The translations under genes and the position numbers were made by a program. This document shows, piece after piece, positions 45,890 to 53,203 of a stretch of 64,000 nt of DNA (its first letter is position 1; each line of letters opens with the position of its first letter). The notes below the pieces were generated by a model. The model was not told the origin of the DNA. It was given only the letters and a program-made list of their open reading frames with translations, and searched no databases. The stretch comes from an uncultured euryarchaeote. Lineage in GTDB: Archaea > Thermoplasmatota > Poseidoniia > Poseidoniales > Poseidoniaceae. Where the stretch lies: contig CAXCCF010000005.1 of assembly GCA_963981035.1 (NCBI GenBank), forward strand, positions 2,056 through 66,055, in the 5' to 3' direction.

Positions 45890-46834
45890 ATGCGAGCGTT
45901 GGTCACTGGTGGAGCAGGATTCATCGGTTCTCACTTAATCGATAGATTGGTTTCCCGAGGCGATACAGTTGTTGTTATCGATAACCTTTCAAGCGGCAAC
46001 CTTGATTTCATCCAAAATCACATTGATTCAGGAAAGGTTTCACTGGTTAGAGGCGATATTACAAATTATCAAGATGTACTTTCAGCAATGAGTGGAATTG
46101 AATGCGTTTTCCACTTAGCAGCGAATCCAGATATTAGATTAGGTACAAAAATAACAGATACTGATTTGAAACAGGGAACTATTGCTACATACAACATTGT
46201 TGAAGCAATGCGGATTGAAGGTGTCAAGAAGATAGCTTTTGCTTCATCTTCTGTAGTATATGGTGAGGATGCACCAATGCCGACACCTGAAAATCATGGA
46301 CCATGTTTACCAATTTCACTATATGGTGCAAGTAAGCAAGCAGGTGAAGGATTGATTTCAAGTTGGGTTGGAACTTTTGGATTACAGGCTTGGATTTTCC
46401 GTTTTGCAAATATTATTGGAACTAGAGGAACACATGGTGTGATTTTTGATTTCATTCACAAATTAAAAGCCGACCCAAGTCGTTTAGAAGTCTTAGGAAA
46501 TGGATTGCAGGAAAAGTCCTACATGGAAGTTGGTGATTGTGTTGATGGAATCTTACATGTGATGGCGAATTCCAATGATAGTGTTAATTTGTTTAACCTA
46601 GGAAGTCATGATACAGCATCTGTAAGGAGAATTGCAGAGATAGTTGTTGAAGAAACTGGTTGTACAGGTGCTTCTATAGAATATACTGGCGGCGATAGAG
46701 GTTGGGCTGGAGATATCCCAAGAGCAATGTTGGCTATTGATAAAATGCTAGAAATTGGCTTTGATGTCAATTATAATTCCGAAGATGCGATAAGGCATAC
46801 TGCACGTGCACTAATTGACGAAATTGGTTTGTAA
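45890..46834 (+). CDS. NAD-dependent sugar-nucleotide epimerase/dehydratase (SDR family)
   Basis: The Rossmann motif is VTGGAGFIGSHL and the catalytic motif is YGASK. GGAGGTG lies upstream of the ATG. Confidence 0.9.
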   Translation: MRALVTGGAGFIGSHLIDRLVSRGDTVVVIDNLSSGNLDFIQNHIDSGKVSLVRGDITNYQDVLSAMSGIECVFHLAANPDIRLGTKITDTDLKQGTIATYNIVEAMRIEGVKKIAFASSSVVYGEDAPMPTPENHGPCLPISLYGASKQAGEGLISSWVGTFGLQAWIFRFANIIGTRGTHGVIFDFIHKLKADPSRLEVLGNGLQEKSYMEVGDCVDGILHVMANSNDSVNLFNLGSHDTASVRRIAEIVVEETGCTGASIEYTGGDRGWAGDIPRAMLAIDKMLEIGFDVNYNSEDAIRHTARALIDEIGL

Positions 46835-46854
46835 GAAAGGAGAAGGTGGAAAAA

Positions 46855-47550
46855 ATGAAAATAATATCTGATGAAAATGGCGATGCAAGAATGGATACAG
46901 CACTAACTGCAATAGCCCTATTTTTGGCTGCTATGATGGTGATCAGTTTCACATCAAGTCCAATCACTACAGGAACAAAAGAGGGCGATAGAGCTCCAAA
47001 TATTGTTGCTAAAGCATACAATGGTTCAGTATGGCAGGACTTTGACTTGCAATCTTACTATGATTATGATTGGTCCATTGATAATAATGACACCAAAGAC
47101 AGTCAATGGGTTATGATTGAATTTATGGATACCGATTGTCCATATTGTTTCAATACAGCAGAAGAATATCAAGAAGGTTCAAATTACTTTGTTCCAGAAA
47201 ACCCAAGTTGGAATGGGCCTCAAGTCAGTTTCATTGCCAGTGCAGCAGAACTTACTGGGCTACAGGGGCACGATTCTACCAGGGATGAGATAGAAGCGTT
47301 TAGGGATAAAACGGAAGGAGAAATGTGTAATTCCTCCAATGTTGATTGTTCAAGTAGAAAGGGGCAACCATTTTCCATTCCATTTATCGATGATTTGGAT
47401 AAAGAACATATGGAGAAGTGGGGAATCGGCGGAACTCCAACCTATTTCCTGATTCAACCTGATGGTATTATCGCATGGGTAAGTTCGGAACATCCGAACG
47501 AAAAATTCTACGAAGCCATTACCAGGATAGTCCCTCAGGAGAGTGCTTGA
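46855..47550 (+). CDS. Membrane-anchored thioredoxin-fold thiol:disulfide oxidoreductase (TlpA/DsbA-like, CPYC)
   Basis: An N-terminal TM is followed by GDRAPNIVAKAYNG, the active site VMIEFMDTDCPYC and the cis-Pro region GIGGTPTYFLIQPDG. Its stop abuts the VKOR start. Confidence 0.7.
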   Translation: MKIISDENGDARMDTALTAIALFLAAMMVISFTSSPITTGTKEGDRAPNIVAKAYNGSVWQDFDLQSYYDYDWSIDNNDTKDSQWVMIEFMDTDCPYCFNTAEEYQEGSNYFVPENPSWNGPQVSFIASAAELTGLQGHDSTRDEIEAFRDKTEGEMCNSSNVDCSSRKGQPFSIPFIDDLDKEHMEKWGIGGTPTYFLIQPDGIIAWVSSEHPNEKFYEAITRIVPQESA

Positions 47551-48150
47551 ATGGAATTATTTGATTCCAACACTATACTTGCATTACTTTCAGTTCCAAT
47601 GGCAATTGGTGCACTTCTAATATCACCTTTAGGTGAATCATTATCTGCTTCCATGTCAGAAAAATTTCCCTCCTTGAAAACGACACGAGGGCGCCTTCTC
47701 ACTGGATCTACACTGATTGCAGCATCTGGATTCCTCATTGCTGCAATGACGCTTTGGATTTCTAACACAATTTCCGAAGGAGCTGGTTTCTGCGTTGCAA
47801 GTAATATGTTTTCCTGCGATGATGTACTTGGTAATGACGAATACAACAAGGTGCCAATGCTGGGAATTCGATGGGCACTATTCGGCATCATTATCTATTC
47901 ATTTTTCCTTTGGTTATTGATGAGTATTAACAAGGAGCCACATGCAGATTGGGTTGGTACAAATCTAAAGTTAGGATTTATGGTTACTTCAATGGGTATT
48001 TTTGCAATTGCTTGGCTAGTATATGCAGAATCTGTTATGGAGAAAATCTGCCCATATTGCACAGCTGCACATATTGGTAATCTACTATTGATCTACGGAT
48101 TCTGGAAGATGAGCAAACTCTATGATTCTGGAGATTGGGACCAAAATTGA
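47551..48150 (+). CDS. Vitamin K epoxide reductase (VKOR) family protein
   Basis: There are four or five TM helices. The loop cysteine pair is FCVASNMFSCDDV and the membrane CxxC is CPYCTAAH. Confidence 0.75.
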   Translation: MELFDSNTILALLSVPMAIGALLISPLGESLSASMSEKFPSLKTTRGRLLTGSTLIAASGFLIAAMTLWISNTISEGAGFCVASNMFSCDDVLGNDEYNKVPMLGIRWALFGIIIYSFFLWLLMSINKEPHADWVGTNLKLGFMVTSMGIFAIAWLVYAESVMEKICPYCTAAHIGNLLLIYGFWKMSKLYDSGDWDQN

Positions 48151-48151
48151 A

Positions 48152-48451
48152 TCAAGGAATATAATCTCCTTCAAAGTGTAAAGCATCAGCTTCCATCACA
48201 GTTTCTTCCATGCGTAGGACTGTGACATCTATTCTTTCACTGTCGTGGTATGCTTGTCGTAGTTCATGAAGAAGGCTTCTTTGTACATCTTGGTGGTTCT
48301 CTCCATATAGGATAGAAAGGTGGTGGATTTTCTCCCCACTTACCAAAGCGATGTACTCGACAACCCACTCCTTTAGAGGAGTCTCCTCCTCCCATGTTAT
48401 GTCTTCCCATGTTTCTGCCATTGTATTATAATCAACTCCTACACTTATCAA
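48152..48451 (-). CDS. Hypothetical small acidic protein
   Basis: A 99-aa ORF, E/W-rich, with no recognised family. Confidence 0.4.
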   Translation of the reverse strand: MISVGVDYNTMAETWEDITWEEETPLKEWVVEYIALVSGEKIHHLSILYGENHQDVQRSLLHELRQAYHDSERIDVTVLRMEETVMEADALHFEGDYIP

Positions 48452-48528
48452 AGATGCGGTTCAATGCATCGTTTAACGCCGGTTTCCGGCAACTAATTTA
48501 GTGATTCGGTAAGATTGAAGAACTAAAA

Positions 48529-49482
48529 TTAATTATTTTTACGCATTTTTACAATTAATGCGAATCCAATGAAGATAAATGCGTAAATAAGTATTGAATT
48601 GTCAATCAGATCGGAACCTCCTTGAGTAGAAATCTCATTATTGCTCTTATATTCAACAACACCAAATGTTCCAATTGTTCCGTTTTCAAGTTGTGAAGTA
48701 GTTGGTTCGTGGATTAATAGTACGCTAAAAAACTCATTTCCAGGAGTAAATGTCACCGTGAAATCTTCAACACAAGTTGTTGTTTGAGCAGACAATAAAT
48801 TGATTTCTGAAATAATAGTTGAACTATTGATATCGCATTCGGCGATGGCCATTAGAACCCTATCTCTTGTATCGCCACCTGGATTGTCAAAACCATCGGG
48901 AACAATTTTTTGATGCTGAACAATCATTATCGTCAATTGGCCATCAATGATTGAATTATTATCAATCGCCTTTGCAGAGGCTGTCCAAGTATCATTGTCC
49001 TGCAGAATATCAAGGCTAAGACGAGTATATGATTGTCGCTTTATTTCTTCATCTAGAATGTCCAAGTTGACATCAGGCCAAGATTCAGGGCCAACTCTTA
49101 ACGCCCCATCCTCCACAATGAATGTAGGTGTTGAGCCTAAATTTGGGTGAGTGATTAGTAATCTGTTTATTCGATTTTGAGCGGCAAGAGGCTGAAAAGC
49201 ATCAATATCATCACTTGGATGGTAGGCGACCATGGCAATTCTAGAACCGTGCGTATTTGCAAAGTCCGCTAAATAAGGGTCAATTTCAGCACAACTTGGA
49301 CACCAAGTAGCAGTATATTCCTCGATTAGTAAACTACGACCTCCATCAACTGTTTCAATTTGATTTTGAGTTTCTGAGGAAGAACTGGTCGCAATTGGCA
49401 TTTGAACAGCGATTAACATCACTGAAAGAATCACAAATGCGCTGAAGCGAGCGTGATTGATTGCCATCAAACACCGCCACAT
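48529..49482 (-). CDS. Secreted thioredoxin-like protein (CPSC) with C-terminal membrane anchor
   Basis: A signal/anchor segment ARFSAFVILSVMLIAVQMPIA is followed by the thioredoxin-fold active site EEYTATWCPSCAEIDPYL. The C-terminal TM is ILIYAFIFIGFALIV. Confidence 0.6.
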   Translation of the reverse strand: MWRCLMAINHARFSAFVILSVMLIAVQMPIATSSSSETQNQIETVDGGRSLLIEEYTATWCPSCAEIDPYLADFANTHGSRIAMVAYHPSDDIDAFQPLAAQNRINRLLITHPNLGSTPTFIVEDGALRVGPESWPDVNLDILDEEIKRQSYTRLSLDILQDNDTWTASAKAIDNNSIIDGQLTIMIVQHQKIVPDGFDNPGGDTRDRVLMAIAECDINSSTIISEINLLSAQTTTCVEDFTVTFTPGNEFFSVLLIHEPTTSQLENGTIGTFGVVEYKSNNEISTQGGSDLIDNSILIYAFIFIGFALIVKMRKNN

Positions 49483-49578
49483 AGCCCGACCCCTTCATCC
49501 CTTTGATTAATCGGCATTACAAGAGGAGAGTTCATCAAAGAGAGGTGAACGAGCCTAACTTGAGCAGGAGGGGTAATT

Positions 49579-50316
49579 GTGGCCGACCAATGGATTGAGA
49601 ATCACAAGCGTGACACATGGAGGCGACAAGCCAAAGCCAGTGGTTATAGAGCACGTTCCGCTTTCAAACTCAAGCAAATTCAAGACCGTTTCAAACTAAT
49701 AGACACAGGGGATGTAATTCTTGATGTCGGTTGTTTCCCAGGTGGCTGGGCGCAAGTTGCAGTAGAACTTGTTGGAGAAGAAGGAGTGGTCATAGGAGTG
49801 GACCTTGAGGCATGTCAACCAGTAGAGGGTGCAAGTCTATTGGTTGGAGATATTACTGACCCGCATACACAAGACCGCATCCTTGAACAATTGGATGGTA
49901 AAACATTCAACAATATCGTTTCAGATATTTCACCTCACATCACTGGAAAATGGGATATGGATCAAGCTATTGCGATGACTTTAGTTTCAGAAGTTTTTGA
50001 TTTTGCACTTCCATTTTTGTGCAAAGGTGGACATTTTGTCACAAAATTATTCCAAGGAGTAGGGGTTGAGGAATTGATTAATGCAGTAAAGCCTCATTTT
50101 GAAGACGTTAGGCGATTTTCTCCTCACGCAAGCAGGAATTCTTCTTCTGAAGTGTATCTAATTTGTCGCAGACATCAGCCAGGAGCAACAGCAGATGTTA
50201 CTATCAGGGATATTTATGAATTTGAATTGAACAAAAAACTCGGTGGAGATGATATTGAAGATGGTCCTGAAATCATCAAATCTTCCTTTTCAGTTCGTAA
50301 AAAGAAAACCAACTGA
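49579..50316 (+). CDS. rlmE: 23S rRNA 2'-O-ribose methyltransferase RlmE/FtsJ
   Basis: Motifs YRARSAFKLKQIQDRF, the SAM motif LDVGCFPGGWAQV, DISP and KLFQG are present. The start is GTG, preceded by AGGAGGGG. Confidence 0.9.
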   Translation: MADQWIENHKRDTWRRQAKASGYRARSAFKLKQIQDRFKLIDTGDVILDVGCFPGGWAQVAVELVGEEGVVIGVDLEACQPVEGASLLVGDITDPHTQDRILEQLDGKTFNNIVSDISPHITGKWDMDQAIAMTLVSEVFDFALPFLCKGGHFVTKLFQGVGVEELINAVKPHFEDVRRFSPHASRNSSSEVYLICRRHQPGATADVTIRDIYEFELNKKLGGDDIEDGPEIIKSSFSVRKKKTN

Positions 50317-50382
50317 AGATTATTACAATTATTTGTTGTAATGCATTGGCTTCATAATGGTTAAGCAAATTGCTTTGTTTTC

Positions 50383-50730
50383 ATGGCTGAGATCAATAGG
50401 ATACACCAAAAGGAGAAAATGCACCAAATGTCAGCACGACAAATGGTTGCAGATTTGAGAGCGAATAGAGCAGTTGGCAGAATAGAATTAGTAGTTCTTA
50501 GAGTCTATCCGCGAAGAATGGTTTCAACAAATCGCTATACAGGTCCAGTAGCCGCGGCATGTGGCCGGGATGAAAGCGGTATTGTGGGTATTGTTCTGTG
50601 GGATGAGCAAGTAAAAAATGTGCAAAGTGGAGATATTATTCGCATAGAATATGGCTGGTGCCGCGAAAGAGAAGGTGAACTAGTTGTTAGTACGGGCAAG
50701 AATGGCAGACTAACAGTCCTTGACCGCTAA
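50383..50730 (+). CDS. Single OB-fold nucleic-acid-binding protein (short SSB / SOSS-B-like)
   Basis: The pattern is VADLRANRAVGRIELVVLRVY...ACGRDESGIVGIVLWDEQVKNVQSGDIIRIEYGWCREREGELVVSTGKNGRL. It matches the one-OB SSB layout: target, then DxTG, then WD, then GD.I, then G.L.L. Confidence 0.55.
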   Translation: MAEINRIHQKEKMHQMSARQMVADLRANRAVGRIELVVLRVYPRRMVSTNRYTGPVAAACGRDESGIVGIVLWDEQVKNVQSGDIIRIEYGWCREREGELVVSTGKNGRLTVLDR

Positions 50731-50825
50731 GCAAGAATCTGTTTTTGACAGTGAAAATGAGCCGTTTTGTCGCGCAACCATAAAGAAGGGGAGGGCGTGG
50801 GCGACTTTGTTCCTGAGGAGTTATT

Positions 50826-50993
50826 ATGACTGAGAGAGCTAAGAACTGTACCGCTTCTGGTGTGCCATTGGTAGAAACCGGATCAACTTCATTCCCTTGC
50901 CCAGGCTGTACCGCTCCAATTGGTCGCAGTCCTAGATGTAGAAATCAAGGGGTACTATACAACTGCCCTGCTTGCGGATATCAAGGTCCTTGA
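50826..50993 (+). CDS. Zn-ribbon RNA-binding protein (COG2888/DUF1610-like), below the ORF-track cutoff
   Basis: My own translation is MTERAKNCTASGVPLVETGSTSFPCPGCTAPIGRSPRCRNQGVLYNCPACGYQGP. GAGGAG lies 6 nt upstream of the ATG. The position directly upstream of EF-1beta is the one this family classically occupies in archaea. Confidence 0.8.
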   Translation: MTERAKNCTASGVPLVETGSTSFPCPGCTAPIGRSPRCRNQGVLYNCPACGYQGP

Positions 50994-51003
50994 GGTGTTT
51001 TGA

Positions 51004-51276
51004 ATGGGAATGGTAGTAATGACATACAAAATCAATCCTGACTCTGAGGTCGAGGATGTTGATGCAGATGCAATCGCAACACAAATCAGTGGCATGGCTA
51101 CTGAAGTATACGATGTCCAAAGCGTTGAGGTAAAGCCTCTTGCTTTTGGTCTAAAATTCGTGCAAGTTCACGTCACAATGAATGACGGAGAAGGTCTTGC
51201 AGATGCCTTTGAAGGACAAATGTCTGAAATTCATGGTGTCGGAGAAATAGAAGTTCTTTCAATGGGACTAATTTGA
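51004..51276 (+). CDS. ef1b: Translation elongation factor 1-beta (aEF-1beta)
   Basis: The 90-aa product has VVMTYKINPDSEVEDVD...VEVKPLAFGLKFVQVHVTMNDGEG...HGVGEIEVLSM, a typical aEF-1beta pattern. Confidence 0.9.
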   Translation: MGMVVMTYKINPDSEVEDVDADAIATQISGMATEVYDVQSVEVKPLAFGLKFVQVHVTMNDGEGLADAFEGQMSEIHGVGEIEVLSMGLI

Positions 51277-51379
51277 TTAATTTCTTCCAATCATTTTACT
51301 GATTGGCAGCATTTTCAAGTTGCAGATAATTTCAATATTAATTAGTGCCAATACTATTTGCATATTTGCAATAACTTTC

Positions 51380-52780
51380 TCAAATTTGAGATAGAGGGCA
51401 TTGCATGAATTCTCTTAGGAGAGTTGTAGCATAACTTCCAGATGATAGAGTGAAGCGGAATCTGATACAGGCACCTTCTGGGTGCCAACGACTGTTTTCA
51501 TTAGGTCCTGCAATCCATTTCTTACCCATGGTGTCATCATCTGCTATTGGTACTGTATCCACACTAAATTCACTAAATCCAGTCACCAGTGCGCGACGAG
51601 TTCCCTTTGAAGACAGTCTTGATATTGCATCGACATCCCATGAGATGTCTTGAAGATCCATTTCTTCAATCGCAGCCACTTCAATTTCGCCTGATTTTCC
51701 TTGACATGTTTTGACAATGCTACCCGGTAGTGGGCCGGTCGGAGTTAATCTTCCCAATTGGCAATTTCGAGTAATTCTTGGCAATGTTCTTTCTTCAATT
51801 AGTACACAACTATGCGCATTTAGTTGACCCTTTTCATCTATTCTTCCGACTAAATCTCCAGCGACAGGTATCGAAATAGGTAAATCAGCCTCAATTCTTC
51901 TATGTAATGACTTATTGAAAACAACTGACTGAATGGCGTGAACGGTCATCAATTGTAGATTGGTTGGAAGTTTTTTGAAGGAACCAACCCAATCATCTGG
52001 ATTGTTTACAATATGTTCTAGCATTCTTTTTTCGAATCCGAGCCATTTTGGAATATTTTCTAAAGCCTCAGCATTTGGTCCATTGGTTCGAATATTTTCT
52101 CTAAAACTAGCGACATCTTCGCTTTCGTCATAACCGGCCATAGAAAGATATGTCATTACAGCATCTTTCCAACGCCCATTGACCACATGCTTTCCAACTT
52201 CGGCAGTTACCGGGCGCCCTGAACCAAAACGCTGCGGGCCAATCCAATTTGGAAATAAATCCGGTCCAATTTTGGCAGCCATTTCATTTTTAATCGTTTC
52301 AATTTCAACTAGAGCATCTTCCTCGCTCATTGGACTGCCATCAGAATTAGCGCAGCCTCTGATTACAATTGTGAAACGATTTCCTTTATGATTGCCCAAT
52401 CCAATTTTCTGATGAGTACGACCTAGAACTTGGATAGAAACATCCGGCATTTCAAGTTCAGCAACCTTTTTTTGAGGCGCATCAATTACGAACAATTGAC
52501 TTGTTACTGCTCTCTTATCTTTAGTTCCCGCAAAAAATATTCGATTTCTAGGAATTTTCAATTCACGGGAGAGATTTGTACAGAATCTATTTGTTTCCCA
52601 ATTTGTCAAAGTAATAATTGCAGCAGTAAACCTTCCCTTGTTGTCTAATTTTACACTAGTGGAGATTTCATCAACTCTAAAATCACTTACTCTTGCTTTT
52701 AGAACACCGCCAATACCGGCGGTTTTTGTAGCGAAGCCTTCTAGACCTATGGCTTGAGCCAGCGGGTCTTTATTGCTCAA
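51380..52780 (-). CDS. truD: tRNA pseudouridine synthase TruD/Pus7 family
   Basis: Present are DFRVDEI, the catalytic motif FFAGTKDKRAVTSQ and NWIGPQRFG. The archaeal-size insertion domain is present. Confidence 0.9.
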   Translation of the reverse strand: MSNKDPLAQAIGLEGFATKTAGIGGVLKARVSDFRVDEISTSVKLDNKGRFTAAIITLTNWETNRFCTNLSRELKIPRNRIFFAGTKDKRAVTSQLFVIDAPQKKVAELEMPDVSIQVLGRTHQKIGLGNHKGNRFTIVIRGCANSDGSPMSEEDALVEIETIKNEMAAKIGPDLFPNWIGPQRFGSGRPVTAEVGKHVVNGRWKDAVMTYLSMAGYDESEDVASFRENIRTNGPNAEALENIPKWLGFEKRMLEHIVNNPDDWVGSFKKLPTNLQLMTVHAIQSVVFNKSLHRRIEADLPISIPVAGDLVGRIDEKGQLNAHSCVLIEERTLPRITRNCQLGRLTPTGPLPGSIVKTCQGKSGEIEVAAIEEMDLQDISWDVDAISRLSSKGTRRALVTGFSEFSVDTVPIADDDTMGKKWIAGPNENSRWHPEGACIRFRFTLSSGSYATTLLREFMQCPLSQI

Positions 52781-52793
52781 AAAATCACCTCGA

Positions 52794-53060
52794 TTAGAGG
52801 CTCAATGAATCATATTCACTAGAGATTGAACTGATTATCTCCTTGAGGATTTTTTCAGCATCATTCTTCCCAGTAGTACGAATATAGAATTCTGGATCAT
52901 CTAATTCTGGATGTCCAGGGAAGTAATTTGCATATTCAACCTTAGCGTGGTTGTTAATGCGCTCACGTAGCATTTGAAGAGCAGTATGGCTCTCACCAAT
53001 AACGCGTAGTTTCAGCTCATTTTTTTCGCGGAGTAGTAGCTTAACAGGCATGATGACCAC
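52794..53060 (-). CDS. rpoL: DNA-directed RNA polymerase subunit L (Rpo11)
   Basis: The pattern is KNELKLRVIGESHTALQMLRERINNHAKVEYANYFPGHPELDDPEFYIRT. The start is either MVIM at 53060 or MPVK at 53051. Confidence 0.85.
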   Translation of the reverse strand: MVIMPVKLLLREKNELKLRVIGESHTALQMLRERINNHAKVEYANYFPGHPELDDPEFYIRTTGKNDAEKILKEIISSISSEYDSLSL

Positions 53061-53203
53061 TCCGGCCTACGATGCTTCTCCTTTGAACCTTGTGGATTGA
53101 CACTTATTTGTTTGATATTGTTTCAGTAAACAAATTGCCTATTTGGTAGCCTTCATTTTGGTGCCAAAATCAATAATTTCTTGATAATGTCACCATCTCA
53201 CTT

